Origin: an uncultured Ignavibacterium sp.
GTDB lineage: Bacteria > Bacteroidota > Ignavibacteria > Ignavibacteriales > Ignavibacteriaceae
DNA: 64,000 bases
Direction of reading: 5' to 3'
Assembly: GCA_937942875.1 (NCBI GenBank)
Contig: CALEBT010000044.1
Span: forward strand, 1,677 to 65,676
Under the pieces are notes generated by a model. The model searched no databases. It was not told the origin of the DNA and saw only the letters and a program-made list of their open reading frames with translations. Shown here piece after piece: positions 27,272 through 38,199 of the stretch. Every line of letters begins with the position of its first letter. Position 1 is the stretch's first letter. The translations under genes and the position numbers were made by a program.

Positions 27272-29134
27272 CTAATTGTTGTGTAAAACAGTATTCCCAC
27301 CTTTTTCTACAGCTTTACTTAGAGCCAAATCTGCATTTTCAATAACTTCGCTAATATCTGTTTTTCCTGTGGTAGAGCAAAGTCCAACAGAAATTGTATA
27401 TGTATTTTGCTTCATATCAACTGAAATCGGGTGTCGTGCGACTTTAATTCTAAGTTTTTCAGCCCAGACAAAAATATTTTTCATCTCATAATTAAAGAAG
27501 TGAGCCGCAAAAACTCTTTCACTTAATCGTCCCAAAATTACGTGAGGGTATAATTCGTTTTTAATAATTCCCAAAATTTCTTTTAATACTTTTTGAAACG
27601 GATCGCCTTCAAACAGATTACTTTGCTCAAGAAAATCGTCAATTTTTATTAGTGCAAGAACTCCCTTTGCTCCAACTGAATTTAATTTTATGAGTTCATC
27701 TTCTAATCTCTGCCTGAAAGATTCGTCATTAAGAGTAAGAGTTTCAATATCAAGAGAGATTAGTCGTTCCATCATTTTCTGTGAATAAGCATTATGTAAT
27801 ATGTACGCAGTAAACTTGCTTATACTTTCTATAAACCTCATATCAGAATTTGTGAAATGATTGTTTTTCAAACTCTCAAAACAAAACGCTCCGAAAGGCT
27901 TTCCCGTAAAGTTTATAGGCACAACCATAAAGGAGCCAAATCCAATCAGGTCCTCTGCTTTATTATATCTATAAATCTTTTCAATACCAATCTCATCAAT
28001 TTTGTTTGAAGTATTTGCAGTAATTGACTTACCGACAAAAGTACCGGTCAATTCTACTTTAAAACCTTCTCCAACATATTTCAAATTTGTATTATTAGTA
28101 AGCTTTATAATTTTATATACTTTTTCTATTGAATCATAAAATACTATTGAAAAAACATCCCATTCAAGAATATCTCTAAAAGTATTTGATATCGAATTAA
28201 GAATACTTTCATAAGAATCAGATTCGATTTCAACATTTAAAAAATTCAACAAAGTATTTAATCTTTTTTGAGAGAGTTGTTCTTTATGTCTCTCGTCAAA
28301 AATTTGAATTATTAAAGTGATAACTCTAATAAATCTTCCCAATGAATAAATAGTTTCAACTCCAAATGAATCTTTAACGATTGAGTCAACAGCAATAATT
28401 GCAACTAATTCCCCTTCATAGTAGAGAGGCACTCCAACAAAGCTCTTAATTCCTTGAGGCTTTTCATAATATCTGATATTATCATATTCAGCATTAGGTA
28501 GAATATCACTTAGTAACTGAGGTTCATTTGTTTGAACAATTTTACTGAGGATATCGTCCTCAAGTTGGAATTTCCTCATTAGTATATCATTACTTTTTGA
28601 TAAATATTTATGTAAGCTAAGTTTTTGAGATTTTTTATCGTACCAAAAGAATACCACAGAGTAAGCGTTAAAAGTCTCATTTATTACAGCAAGTATTTTT
28701 TCAAGGGCAAAAGAAAACTTACCGCCACTATCAAGTTCAGGTGAAATTGGTTCATTTGCAATCTCGTCAAACCTATCTTTAAGATCAGGTGGTTTTAGTT
28801 TTTCAGTAAATGTAAGACGAGAAGATTTCTGCGCTGAAGATTTAATTACTTCTATATTTTTAGTTTTAGAAATAATTTCGAATCCACCTTCTTCCTCGAG
28901 CCCGGATGAATCAATAGGAATATCATCACCATCTACTTCATCAACAGTAAACTTTCTGTCAATTCTTAATGAGTCTCTCAGAAAAATAATGAAGCCAACG
29001 TAAATCAGAAGAAGAAAAATCAGAAAAATTCTAGTTAGTATATCGTCCGTAATGAAAGAAAGTGAGGCAATAATCGGAACAAGTAAAAAAGTTATTATTC
29101 TATTTCTTTGTCTTTTATTCATTGTTAAATACAA
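27272..29134 (-). CDS. Membrane-anchored tandem-GAF protein with a degenerate GGDEF-like C-terminal domain
   Basis: Two N-terminal TM helices; SF.GVPL and SFMVVPI GAF motifs; D.ET.TLN, IDDF, T.SVG, AD.AL..A...G.N; A-site reads GRLSERVF. Confidence 0.75.
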   Translation of the reverse strand: MYLTMNKRQRNRIITFLLVPIIASLSFITDDILTRIFLIFLLLIYVGFIIFLRDSLRIDRKFTVDEVDGDDIPIDSSGLEEEGGFEIISKTKNIEVIKSSAQKSSRLTFTEKLKPPDLKDRFDEIANEPISPELDSGGKFSFALEKILAVINETFNAYSVVFFWYDKKSQKLSLHKYLSKSNDILMRKFQLEDDILSKIVQTNEPQLLSDILPNAEYDNIRYYEKPQGIKSFVGVPLYYEGELVAIIAVDSIVKDSFGVETIYSLGRFIRVITLIIQIFDERHKEQLSQKRLNTLLNFLNVEIESDSYESILNSISNTFRDILEWDVFSIVFYDSIEKVYKIIKLTNNTNLKYVGEGFKVELTGTFVGKSITANTSNKIDEIGIEKIYRYNKAEDLIGFGSFMVVPINFTGKPFGAFCFESLKNNHFTNSDMRFIESISKFTAYILHNAYSQKMMERLISLDIETLTLNDESFRQRLEDELIKLNSVGAKGVLALIKIDDFLEQSNLFEGDPFQKVLKEILGIIKNELYPHVILGRLSERVFAAHFFNYEMKNIFVWAEKLRIKVARHPISVDMKQNTYTISVGLCSTTGKTDISEVIENADLALSKAVEKGGNTVLHNN

Positions 29135-29189
29135 CTAAAACATGCACTAAAAAAAAGTAAACAATTTTTTATCAAAGATAATAAATTCA

Positions 29190-29783
29190 CTAAGAATTTT
29201 TGTAAAAAGATTGAGATAACAAAGAACTAATTTCTTTTTTACCCACCTTTGTAACAGAGGAATAAAAAATTGTGTTTTCATCTAATACTGATTCCGGAAA
29301 TATTTTCTTAAAGTCGTTAAAATATTTTTTCCTGTCAGAGGATTTTATTTTATCAACTTTATTCAGAATAAAAATGTAAGGAAGATTTAATTCCAATAAA
29401 AGCTTATTCATTTGAATATCAAGCTCTGTGGGTATATGACGACTATCTATTAAATGAAAGACTAATTTTATATACTCCGACTTTAATAGAAAATCACCTA
29501 TTAAAGATTGCCACTTTTTTCTTTCCTCAATACTGGCTTTAGCAAAACCGTAACCTGGCAAGTCTACTAAATAGAAAATATCATCAATTGAATAAAAATT
29601 AATTGATCTCGTCTTTCCGGGTGTAGAGCTAGTTTTAGCTAAATTTTTCTTATTAAATAGTGAATTTATAAATGAAGATTTGCCAACATTCGATCTGCCG
29701 CAAAGCACTACCTCCGGAAGACGATGTTTTGGTAATTGATTTAATGAGTAAACTGTTTTAACTAAATACTGTCGATTTAACAT
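29190..29783 (-). CDS. engB: Ribosome biogenesis GTPase YihA/YsxC
   Basis: GRSNVGKSS, PGKT, DLPGYG, NKVD. Confidence 0.95.
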   Translation of the reverse strand: MLNRQYLVKTVYSLNQLPKHRLPEVVLCGRSNVGKSSFINSLFNKKNLAKTSSTPGKTRSINFYSIDDIFYLVDLPGYGFAKASIEERKKWQSLIGDFLLKSEYIKLVFHLIDSRHIPTELDIQMNKLLLELNLPYIFILNKVDKIKSSDRKKYFNDFKKIFPESVLDENTIFYSSVTKVGKKEISSLLSQSFYKNS

Positions 29784-29787
29784 AAAT

Positions 29788-29819
29788 AAAAAAGAGTAAC
29801 CGATTTCTCAGTTACTCTT
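29788..29819 (-). terminator. Intrinsic terminator ending the alpha operon
   Basis: Minus strand AAGAGTAACTGA-GAAA-TCGGTTACTCTT-TTTT. Confidence 0.8.
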
Positions 29820-29841
29820 CCTAAAAAGTTTTGTTTAGCTT

Positions 29842-30312
29842 TTATTGAGCAGACTGCTGTTCTGCTAGTTGCTCTTCCTGTTTTGATTTTTCTTTTTCCT
29901 TAGCTTTTTGCTCTCTTTGAGATTTTCTTTCTTCAGCTTTTAGATTTGCAGCTTCGTTGTAATCTACCAATTCAAGAATTGCCATTTGAGCAGCATCGCC
30001 TAATCTTGTACCTAATTTAACAACCCGGGTATAACCGCCTGGTCTTTCAGCAATAGTAGTAACGATTTCAGAAAATAATTCTTTAATAACATCTTTGTCT
30101 TTGATTTCACTCATTACTAATCTTCTTGAATGAAGATCGCCTTTTTTAGCTTTGGTAATTATTTTTTCAACAAAAGACCTGGCTTCTTTTGCTTTAGCTA
30201 ATGTTGTTTTGATTCTTTTGTGCTTTAATAATGAGGTTGCCAATGCACGCATCAAAGCTGCCCTATGGGATGCTGTTCTCTTTAATTTTCTACCTCTAAC
30301 TCTATGTCTCAT
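29842..30312 (-). CDS. rplQ: 50S ribosomal protein L17
   Basis: MRHR...RKL.R, RPGGYTR. Confidence 0.97.
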   Translation of the reverse strand: MRHRVRGRKLKRTASHRAALMRALATSLLKHKRIKTTLAKAKEARSFVEKIITKAKKGDLHSRRLVMSEIKDKDVIKELFSEIVTTIAERPGGYTRVVKLGTRLGDAAQMAILELVDYNEAANLKAEERKSQREQKAKEKEKSKQEEQLAEQQSAQ

Positions 30313-30329
30313 TTTTAACCTACAAAAAT

Positions 30330-31325
30330 TTAATTGTTATCAGTGTTTTCTTTTAAATATTTGTCAACATTCATTCCAAACTCCAAGCCCATATTTTCTA
30401 TTAGTTCTCCAAGCTCTGCTAGTGATTTTCTTCCAAAGTTTCTGAAGCGTAATAATTCCTGTTCATCTTTTCTAACTAAATCAGCGATCGTCTTAATGTT
30501 AGCCGCTTTCAAACAATTATGTGCTCTAACACTTAACTCAAGGTCATCTACTTTTGTTAACAATACTCTTTTTATTTTTTCAAACTCAGTATCTTTCTGC
30601 GGAGCTGGTTTAACATCTTCCGGTTCTACATCAAAGTTTATAAAATACTGAATATGATCTTTTAATATTTTACCTGCCTGGGTTAATGCATCATCTGGAG
30701 TAATAGAACCATCTGTTTGAATCTCTATGGTGAGATTTTCATAGTCATTTTTATCACCAATTCTAACATTACTAACTTCATATTTGACATTTCTGATTGG
30801 AGTGAAAATTGAATCAATAGGAATAACTCCAATTGTCTGATCCGGCTGGATGTTTTCATTAGCAGGGACAAAACCATATCCACGACCCACTTTCAATTCA
30901 ACATCAAATTTTGCGTTCTTATTTAATGTTGCAATATGCAGCGTCGGATTAAGAATTTCTACATCATTACTTGCTTTTTGAATATCTGCTGCAGTCCATT
31001 CACAAGGTCCATGAAAAGATAAATTTATTTTCTCAGGTTTCTTACTCAAAAGTTTCATCCTTACCTGCTTAAGATTAAGTATAATTTCAGAAACATCTTC
31101 AACTACTCCATCAATAGTGGTGAACTCGTGCAATACCCCGCTAAATTTAACAGCTGTTATCGCTGAACCGGGAAGAGAAGATAGAAGTACTCTTCTGATT
31201 GAATTACCAAGAGTTACTCCAAATCCTCTTTCTAATGGTTGTAATGAAAACCGTCCAAATGTATTTGAGTAACTAGATTCATCAAGTACGATTGCGTCTG
31301 GCATCTTGAATGAAAATCCGCTCAT
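30330..31325 (-). CDS. rpoA: RNA polymerase alpha subunit
   Basis: PLERGFG.TLGN..RR.LLSS, LSVRA.NCL, NFGRKS. Confidence 0.98.
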   Translation of the reverse strand: MSGFSFKMPDAIVLDESSYSNTFGRFSLQPLERGFGVTLGNSIRRVLLSSLPGSAITAVKFSGVLHEFTTIDGVVEDVSEIILNLKQVRMKLLSKKPEKINLSFHGPCEWTAADIQKASNDVEILNPTLHIATLNKNAKFDVELKVGRGYGFVPANENIQPDQTIGVIPIDSIFTPIRNVKYEVSNVRIGDKNDYENLTIEIQTDGSITPDDALTQAGKILKDHIQYFINFDVEPEDVKPAPQKDTEFEKIKRVLLTKVDDLELSVRAHNCLKAANIKTIADLVRKDEQELLRFRNFGRKSLAELGELIENMGLEFGMNVDKYLKENTDNN

Positions 31326-31356
31326 TTATATTCCTTTGTATTATTCTAAAAATTAA

Positions 31357-31983
31357 TTATTTGGAGTAAAGTTCAACAACTAACTGCTCATTAGCATCCA
31401 AAGGTACATCTGCTCTTTCAGGAATCTGAACAAAAGTACCAGAAAGCGTTGCTTTATCAACAGTAATCCAATTATAGGTGTTATCCTTAACTCTTTTTAA
31501 GGAGTTATGAATAGCATCAAGTTTCTTGCTCTTTTCTTTAATCTGAACCAAATCTCCAACTTTGACCAAATAAGATGGTATATCAACAGGTTTCGAGTTA
31601 ATAAGAATATGCCCATGTTTAATTAACTGTCTTGCCTGTTTTCTTGAAGAAGCAAAACCAATTCTGTAAACAACATTATCAAGTCTTCTTTCAAGTAGCT
31701 TTACTAGATTTTCACCTGTCTTACCTTTTTGTTTTACAGCTTTTTCAAAATAGTTTCTGAATTGAGTTTCTAATAAACCATAAACTCTTTTAATTTTTTG
31801 TTTTTCTCTCAGCTGAACACCATATTCAGAAATTTTAGTTCTTCTTGAAACTCCGTGTTGTCCAGGTGGATAGTTTCTTTGCTCAATGGGGCATTTATCT
31901 GTATAACATTTTTGACCCTTGAGAAAAAGCTTTTGTCTTTCTCTTCTACATAATTTACATACAGCGTCTGTATATCTTGCCAT
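31357..31983 (-). CDS. rpsD: 30S ribosomal protein S4 (Cys-containing form)
   Basis: CKLCRRE..KC...KC, LERRLDN. Confidence 0.98.
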   Translation of the reverse strand: MARYTDAVCKLCRRERQKLFLKGQKCYTDKCPIEQRNYPPGQHGVSRRTKISEYGVQLREKQKIKRVYGLLETQFRNYFEKAVKQKGKTGENLVKLLERRLDNVVYRIGFASSRKQARQLIKHGHILINSKPVDIPSYLVKVGDLVQIKEKSKKLDAIHNSLKRVKDNTYNWITVDKATLSGTFVQIPERADVPLDANEQLVVELYSK

Positions 31984-32000
31984 TTATTCTCTCCGTTAAA

Positions 32001-32387
32001 TTAAACTCTTCTACGTTTAGGTGGTCTGCATCCATTATGAGGAATTGGAGTAATATCTTTGATAGAAGTAATCTCCAAACCTGCGGTATGCAAAGCTCTG
32101 ATAGCAGCTTCACGACCGGAACCAGGACCTTTAATATAAACCTCAACTTTCCTGAGTCCCATATCATAAGCTTCTTTAGCAGCTGCTTCTGCTGAAACCT
32201 GTGCAGCAAAAGGAGTATTTTTTCTTGATCCTTTGAATCCATTCTTACCGGCAGAAGACCAAGAGATTGTATTTCCGTAAATGTCAGTAATAGTTACCAA
32301 AACATTATTAAAAGTTGCTTTAATATGTGCAACTCCATTAGAATCTACGTGTGAACGTTTTTTAACTTTTTTTGTTGATTTAGCCAA
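32001..32387 (-). CDS. rpsK: 30S ribosomal protein S11 (TTG start)
   Basis: [15 protein letters not shown]. Confidence 0.98.
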   Translation of the reverse strand: MAKSTKKVKKRSHVDSNGVAHIKATFNNVLVTITDIYGNTISWSSAGKNGFKGSRKNTPFAAQVSAEAAAKEAYDMGLRKVEVYIKGPGSGREAAIRALHTAGLEITSIKDITPIPHNGCRPPKRRRV

Positions 32388-32410
32388 TGATTATCCTCCG
32401 GTTAAACTAA

Positions 32411-32794
32411 TTATTTCTTAGAAGGAGCTTTTTTCTTTCCAGCAACAGTTTTTCTCTTACCTTTTCTGGTTCTGGAGTTAGTTCTGGTTCTCTGACCCCG
32501 TACTGGTAAGCCTCTTCTGTGTCTTAATCCTCGATATGCTCCAATATCCATTAATCTTTTTATATTTTGCTGAACTTCAGACCTTAATGCACCTTCCACT
32601 TTGTAATCTGAAGTAATAACAGAACGAATTTGAGCTACTTCTTCTTCAGTTAATTCCGAAACTTTTTTCTCGGGATTTACATTAGCTTTCTGAAGAATTT
32701 CACCTGATATGGTTCTACCTATTCCAAAAATGTATTGGAGACCATATAAAACTTTTTTTGATTTCGGTAAATCTACACCTGCTATACGCGCCAA
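32411..32794 (-). CDS. rpsM: 30S ribosomal protein S13 (TTG start)
   Basis: [15 protein letters not shown]. Confidence 0.98.
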   Translation of the reverse strand: MARIAGVDLPKSKKVLYGLQYIFGIGRTISGEILQKANVNPEKKVSELTEEEVAQIRSVITSDYKVEGALRSEVQQNIKRLMDIGAYRGLRHRRGLPVRGQRTRTNSRTRKGKRKTVAGKKKAPSKK

Positions 32795-32814
32795 AGATTA
32801 ATCTCCTTTTTTAT

Positions 32815-32928
32815 TTAACCTTGTCTTTGTTTATGCTTTGGGTTCTGACAAATTACTCTTACAACGCCTTTTCGTTTTATAATTTTACATTTGTCACAAA
32901 TCTTTTTAACAGAAGCTCTTACTTTCAT
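32815..32928 (-). CDS. rpmJ: 50S ribosomal protein L36 (Zn-binding form, 37 aa)
   Basis: Not in the ORF track; manual translation [37 protein letters not shown]. Confidence 0.97.
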   Translation of the reverse strand: MKVRASVKKICDKCKIIKRKGVVRVICQNPKHKQRQG

Positions 32929-32936
32929 TTTAAATC

Positions 32937-33155
32937 CTATTTATATCTATAAGTGATTCTTCCTTTTGATAAATCATATGGTGAAAGCTCAACAGAAACT
33001 TTATCACCAACCAATATTTTTATATAATGCATTCGCATTTTACCAGAAATATGAGCAAGAATTTCATGACCATTATCCAACTTTACCCTGAATGAAGCAT
33101 TCGGTAAAGTTTCAGTAATTATTCCATCAACTTTTATTGGACCTTGTTTAGCCAT
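32937..33155 (-). CDS. infA: Translation initiation factor IF-1
   Basis: MAKQ..I...G, HISGKMR; TAATG overlap with map. Confidence 0.97.
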   Translation of the reverse strand: MAKQGPIKVDGIITETLPNASFRVKLDNGHEILAHISGKMRMHYIKILVGDKVSVELSPYDLSKGRITYRYK

Positions 33156-33916
33156 TAGCAAACTGTCAATATTTCCGGTTCTTTATCAGTTATTAAAATT
33201 GTATGCTCAAAATGTGCTGAATCGCTTCCATCAGCAGTTTTAATCGTCCATCCATCAGAAGCTACAATAATCCTCCAGTCACCGACATTAACCATTGGTT
33301 CGATTGCTAGTGTCATCCCTTTTCTTAACGATGGACCCACACCTTTTTTCCCATAATTTGGAATTGATGGGTCTTCATGCAAATATTTTCCAACTCCGTG
33401 ACCACATAAATCTCTGACAACTGAAAAACCGTTTGATTCGACATAGCTCTGAATTGCAAAAGATATATCCTGCAATCTGTTTGATTCTTTTGCTTGCTCA
33501 ATTCCGATATACAAAGAGCGTTCGGTTATTTCCATAAGTTTTTGTTTAATCTCAGATACTTTTCCAACACCAACTGATATTGCAGCATCACCGTAAAAAT
33601 TATTTTTAAGTACACCGACATCTATCGAAATCAAATCACCATCTTTTAACTCATAATTTCCTGGAATTCCGTGTACAACATCATTATTAACAGATGTACA
33701 TAAAGAAGCCGGAAATTTAACTCCGTTTCCCTGAGAATATCCTTTAAATGCTGGTATAGCATTATTGCTTTTTATATAATCCTCTGCAATTAAATCCAGT
33801 TCCTTAGTCGTTACCCCAATTTTTATTTTTGACTTTACAAGTTGCAATGTTTCAGCAACTATTTTACAACTCTCACGAATAAAATCAATTTCTTTTTTAG
33901 TCTTAATTAAGATCAC
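33155..33916 (-). CDS. map: Methionine aminopeptidase type I
   Basis: HGIP, GHGVG..HE.P, AIEPM, SAHFEHT. Confidence 0.97.
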   Translation of the reverse strand: MILIKTKKEIDFIRESCKIVAETLQLVKSKIKIGVTTKELDLIAEDYIKSNNAIPAFKGYSQGNGVKFPASLCTSVNNDVVHGIPGNYELKDGDLISIDVGVLKNNFYGDAAISVGVGKVSEIKQKLMEITERSLYIGIEQAKESNRLQDISFAIQSYVESNGFSVVRDLCGHGVGKYLHEDPSIPNYGKKGVGPSLRKGMTLAIEPMVNVGDWRIIVASDGWTIKTADGSDSAHFEHTILITDKEPEILTVC

Positions 33917-33921
33917 TAATA

Positions 33922-35256
33922 CTAACGTCTGCCTTTTATTTTACCAGATTTCATAAATCCATCATAATGTCTCATCAAAAGATGAGATTCTATCTGCTGT
34001 AAAGTATCTAACGCAACACCAACAATAATCAACAAACTAGTACCACCAAAAAATTGTGCAAATTGACCTGTAACCCCCCAGGCTGAAACGAAAGCAGGTA
34101 AAATTGCCACTATAGCTAAAAATATTGAACCGGGCAAAGTAATCTTTGTCAAAATATTGTCAATAAAATCTGATGTTTGTTTTCCCGGTCTAATACCAGG
34201 TATAAATCCACCTTGTTTTTTCATATTATCAGCAACATCTTTCGGATTGAAAGCAATCGCTGTGTAAAAATAAGTGAAGAAAATAATCATTAAGGCATAA
34301 ATAATTGAATAAACAACGGACTGATAATGAAATAAGTTTGCAACACTCTGAAGAAATTCATTGTTCGGGAAAAATGATAATACAGTATTTGGAATAAACA
34401 TAATCGCCTGAGCAAAAATGATAGGCATTACGCCAGCTGTATTAACTCTTAACGGAATATACTGAGTAACACCACCATAGACTTTTCTTCCAACAACTCT
34501 CTTTGCATACTGAACAGGGATTCTTCTGGTACCTTGGGTTACTAAAACAACTCCAGCGATTATTAAAAACATAAAAGCAAAAATGATAATTTCAACTATC
34601 AAAGATCTTTGGCCTGCCTGAATAAGTCTGTATTCATCCAATAATGCAAAAGGAAATCTTGCAATAATACCAATAAAAATTATAAGTGAAATTCCGTTTC
34701 CAATTCCTCGCTCTGTAATTTGCTCACCCATCCACATCATAAAAATAGTACCGGCAATCAGGATTATGATAGTAGTAACCACCCAACCAATTCCCTGAAC
34801 CGGGGCAGGAATAATTGGCATCCCACTAACTTCGATATTTAATAATCTAACTGTAACACCCCACGCCTGCATTGCTGAAATTAAAACTGTTCCATATCGG
34901 GTTAACTGAGTAATTTTTTTCCTTCCCTCTTCACCTTCCTGCTGTAATTTCTGAAAATACGGGACAACTGCTCCTAAAAGCTGAATTATAATTGATGCAG
35001 ATATGTAAGGCATAATTCCAAGTGCAAATATTGCAGCATTGCCAAAAGCGCCGCCAACAAATAAATCATATAACCCAAATAAAGTATCGGATGATTGATT
35101 CTTTATACTTTCTGCAAGTAAAGCAGAATCAACACCAGGTATTGTAAGATGCGAACCAAGTCTTACGATAAATAAAAGTGCCAGTGTGTAAATTATTCGT
35201 TGTCTGAGTTCGTGTATTTTAAAGATATTTCTGAAAGTATCTGTAAGTCTTGACAT
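33922..35256 (-). CDS. secY: Preprotein translocase SecY
   Basis: ALGIMPYI.ASII, GIGNG.SL, IPGIRPG. Confidence 0.98.
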   Translation of the reverse strand: MSRLTDTFRNIFKIHELRQRIIYTLALLFIVRLGSHLTIPGVDSALLAESIKNQSSDTLFGLYDLFVGGAFGNAAIFALGIMPYISASIIIQLLGAVVPYFQKLQQEGEEGRKKITQLTRYGTVLISAMQAWGVTVRLLNIEVSGMPIIPAPVQGIGWVVTTIIILIAGTIFMMWMGEQITERGIGNGISLIIFIGIIARFPFALLDEYRLIQAGQRSLIVEIIIFAFMFLIIAGVVLVTQGTRRIPVQYAKRVVGRKVYGGVTQYIPLRVNTAGVMPIIFAQAIMFIPNTVLSFFPNNEFLQSVANLFHYQSVVYSIIYALMIIFFTYFYTAIAFNPKDVADNMKKQGGFIPGIRPGKQTSDFIDNILTKITLPGSIFLAIVAILPAFVSAWGVTGQFAQFFGGTSLLIIVGVALDTLQQIESHLLMRHYDGFMKSGKIKGRR

Positions 35257-35267
35257 TTAATCCCACA

Positions 35268-35726
35268 CTATAACTTAGTTATTGAACCACCAACAGCTTC
35301 AATTTTCTGCTGGGCTGATTTACTAAATGAGTTAGCTTTCAAAATTAGTTTAGACTTCAACTCACCTTTACCTAAAATTTTTACAGGTTTCTTCAAAGTA
35401 GAAATGAGGCCATATTTTTTTAAGTCTTCTAAAGATAATTCCTTATTTTCTAATTCATATTTGGAAGCAATTCTCTGTAATGCATTGAGGTTAATGATCT
35501 GATACTCTACTTTAAATATGTTCGTGAACCCGAATTTTGGAATTCTTCTTTGAAGAGGCATTTGTCCACCTTCAAACCAACTCTTAAATTTGGCACCAGA
35601 ACGGGATTTCTGACCATTCATTCCTCTTGTTGATTGACCACCGTGTCCTGAGCCTTCACCTCTACCGACTCTTTTTCTTTTTTTCCTCGAGCCTTCTGCG
35701 TATTTAAGATTTCCTAAAATATTCAT
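35268..35726 (-). CDS. rplO: 50S ribosomal protein L15
   Basis: R.GRG.GSG.G, FEGGQMPL. Confidence 0.97.
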   Translation of the reverse strand: MNILGNLKYAEGSRKKRKRVGRGEGSGHGGQSTRGMNGQKSRSGAKFKSWFEGGQMPLQRRIPKFGFTNIFKVEYQIINLNALQRIASKYELENKELSLEDLKKYGLISTLKKPVKILGKGELKSKLILKANSFSKSAQQKIEAVGGSITKL

Positions 35727-35738
35727 ACTAAAACCTGT

Positions 35739-35924
35739 TTATTCGTTTATAGTTTCTGTTTTAACCAAATGACTAACTTTTCTAATCATTCCTCTAATCT
35801 GAGGGGTATCATTATGAATTTTTGAGTAATTTGGTCTTCCTAAACCTAAAGCTTTAATAGTTCTTTTTTGGTCTTCAGGTCTGTCAATTATACTTCTAAT
35901 CTGAGTTACTTTAATCTTAGACAT
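35739..35924 (-). CDS. rpmD: 50S ribosomal protein L30
   Basis: MSKIKVTQIRS.I...LGL...GMI.KV.HLV; start moved to ATG 35924. Confidence 0.95.
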   Translation of the reverse strand: MSKIKVTQIRSIIDRPEDQKRTIKALGLGRPNYSKIHNDTPQIRGMIRKVSHLVKTETINE

Positions 35925-35934
35925 TATCAATACC

Positions 35935-36456
35935 TCATTTGGAAACAAATAAATCTTTAACTGTTACACCTCTCTTTGAGGCCATTTTTCTTGCATCAAT
36001 CTGACTAACCAGAGCATTAAGCGTTGCTTTAACCTGATTGTGGGGGTTACTAGAGCCGAGAGACTTCGTAAGAATGTCTGTTACACCAGCAGCTTCAAGA
36101 ACCGCGCGAACGCCACCACCGGCAATTAAACCTGTACCGGGTGAAGCTGGTCTCAATAAAATCTTACCTGCTCCATATTTTCCAATTATTTCGTGCGCAA
36201 CAGTACCTTTTATAACTGCTACCTGAACAACATTCTTTTTAGCATCATCAACGCCTTTAGCAATTGCATCAGTTACTTCATTAGCTTTTCCTAATCCGAC
36301 TCCAACAACTCCATTGCCATTACCTACAACAACAATCGCATTAAAACTGAATCTTCGACCACCTTTAACAACTTTGGCAACGCGGTTAATGTGAACAACT
36401 TTTTCTTTAAGTCCTTCAACATCTGTTGGTCTGATAACTTTATTTTTGTTTTCCAC
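35935..36456 (-). CDS. rpsE: 30S ribosomal protein S5 (GTG start)
   Basis: [12 protein letters not shown]. Confidence 0.98.
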   Translation of the reverse strand: MENKNKVIRPTDVEGLKEKVVHINRVAKVVKGGRRFSFNAIVVVGNGNGVVGVGLGKANEVTDAIAKGVDDAKKNVVQVAVIKGTVAHEIIGKYGAGKILLRPASPGTGLIAGGGVRAVLEAAGVTDILTKSLGSSNPHNQVKATLNALVSQIDARKMASKRGVTVKDLFVSK

Positions 36457-36488
36457 TATTTTTCTCTAAAATTATTTATTGTTACTTG

Positions 36489-36559
36489 CTGCCGGAAGAG
36501 GATTCGAACCTCTACATACGGCTCCAAAGGCCGCTGTCCTACCGTTAGACGATCCGGCA
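36489..36559 (-). tRNA. tRNA-Gln(UUG) inside the spc operon
   Basis: TGCCGGA TC GTC TAACGGTAG GAC A GCGGC CT-TTG-GA GCCGT ATGT AGAGG TTCGAAT CCTCT TCCGGCA G; full cloverleaf, 71 nt, CCA not encoded. Confidence 0.95.
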
Positions 36560-36563
36560 AGGA

Positions 36564-36929
36564 TTAAAATTTTAATCCACCTTCACGAGCTGCATCAGCA
36601 AGGGCTTTAATTCTGCCGTGATATCTGAAACCGTTTCTGTCAAAAACTACTTCGGTGATTTTATTTTCAAGTGCAATTTTGGCTATAAGATTTCCAACAA
36701 TTTTGCTTTTTTCGATTTTACCTTTAGCTGATTTAATTTGCTCTGCCACTTCTTTTGAAAGACTAGAAGCACTAGCAACTGTCTTTCCATTATCATCATC
36801 AATTATCTGAGCATAAATCTGATTTAAACTTCTGTAAACCGAAAGTCTTGGTTTATCAGTAGTTCCATAGATTTTCTTTCTTACTCTAACTTTAATTTTT
36901 TCTCTTCTTTTATTATCTGTTTTAAACAT
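36564..36929 (-). CDS. rplR: 50S ribosomal protein L18
   Basis: [17 protein letters not shown]. Confidence 0.98.
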   Translation of the reverse strand: MFKTDNKRREKIKVRVRKKIYGTTDKPRLSVYRSLNQIYAQIIDDDNGKTVASASSLSKEVAEQIKSAKGKIEKSKIVGNLIAKIALENKITEVVFDRNGFRYHGRIKALADAAREGGLKF

Positions 36930-36944
36930 AAAATCTCCTAAGAA

Positions 36945-37484
36945 TTATTTGCCAGCAGTTTTACCAGCTTTTCTACGAATAATTTCTGTAGAATACTTAA
37001 TTCCTTTACCTTTGTAAGGCTCTGGTTTTCTAAATGAACGAATTTTTGATGCTACCTGACCAACTAATTGTTTGTCAATACCGGAAACTATTATTTGAGT
37101 TGGAGTTGGAGTTTCCAATTTAATTCCGGTTGGCGGAATAAAATAAATCGGATGAGAATAACCCATAGAAAGCAATAAATTATTTCCTTTTAATTCTGCT
37201 TTATATCCAACACCTACTATATCTAAAATCTTTTTGTATTCCTCGGTAACGCCTTTAATCATATTTTGAATCAAAGCTCTGGTCAAACCGTGTAAAGATC
37301 TGTTTTCCTTAAGATCATCAGGTCGGGTAACTTCTATAACGTTATCCTTAAAACTTACGCTAATATTCTGATGATATGTTATTCCCAACTCTCCTTTGGG
37401 TCCTTTAATCTTAATATCATTCCCATTGATTGTTACCGTAACACCTGACGGAACCTGTATTGGTTTTCTTCCTATTCTTGACAC
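36945..37484 (-). CDS. rplF: 50S ribosomal protein L6 (GTG start)
   Basis: SRIG..P, PEPYKGKG. Confidence 0.98.
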   Translation of the reverse strand: MSRIGRKPIQVPSGVTVTINGNDIKIKGPKGELGITYHQNISVSFKDNVIEVTRPDDLKENRSLHGLTRALIQNMIKGVTEEYKKILDIVGVGYKAELKGNNLLLSMGYSHPIYFIPPTGIKLETPTPTQIIVSGIDKQLVGQVASKIRSFRKPEPYKGKGIKYSTEIIRRKAGKTAGK

Positions 37485-37505
37485 CTTATTACTCCAATAA
37501 ATAAT

Positions 37506-37901
37506 TTACCAAATATAACAGATTACCTCACCACCAACAGACTGTTCTCTTGCCTGTCGATCTGTTAATAATCCTTTAGAAGTTGAAATAACTGCCAAAC
37601 CAAGACCGTTCAGAACTCTTGGTAGCTGATCAGCAGATTTATAAACACGTAAACCAGGTTTGCTGATTCTCTTCAAACCTGAAATAGCAGATACACCATT
37701 TCTGTATTTCAATTGAATTCTGATAACGTTTTGTTTATTATCTTCAATAATTGAAAAATCGTGAATAAAATTTTCGTTCTTTAAAATTTCAGCAATTTTA
37801 ATTTTTAATTTTGATGCCGGGATATCGACTCTAAATAATTTTGCTTTAGAGGCGTTTCTAATTCTTGTTAAAAAATCTGCTATAGGATCAGTTACAGCCA
37901 T
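37506..37901 (-). CDS. rpsH: 30S ribosomal protein S8
   Basis: DPIAD.LTRIRN, SKPGLR.Y. Confidence 0.98.
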   Translation of the reverse strand: MAVTDPIADFLTRIRNASKAKLFRVDIPASKLKIKIAEILKNENFIHDFSIIEDNKQNVIRIQLKYRNGVSAISGLKRISKPGLRVYKSADQLPRVLNGLGLAVISTSKGLLTDRQAREQSVGGEVICYIW

Positions 37902-37914
37902 TTATAAACTCCTT

Positions 37915-38184
37915 TTACCAACTTGATTTTTTTAATCCAGGTATTTCACCACGCAAAGCCATTTCTCTTAGTACTAAACGTGAAACACCAAACTTCCTAT
38001 AATAGCCTCTTGACCTACCAGTAAACATACATCTGTTCTTCAATCTTGTAGGAGAAGAATTACGTGGTAAAGCTTGCAGCGCTTCAAAATCACCTTTTGC
38101 TTTTAATTCAGCACGCAATTTTGCATACTTTTCATACATTTTTTTTCTCTTTTCTTCTCTAACTTTTGAACTAAGTCTTGCCAT
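37915..38184 (-). CDS. rpsN: 30S ribosomal protein S14 (89-aa Zn-free form)
   Basis: [15 protein letters not shown]; only one Cys. Confidence 0.96.
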   Translation of the reverse strand: MARLSSKVREEKRKKMYEKYAKLRAELKAKGDFEALQALPRNSSPTRLKNRCMFTGRSRGYYRKFGVSRLVLREMALRGEIPGLKKSSW

Positions 38185-38199
38185 AGATTTTCCTTATAC

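Noticed and set aside
36489-36559. tRNA-Gln as an integration (att) site of a mobile element
   Set aside because: No duplicated tRNA 3' end, integrase or foreign DNA nearby.
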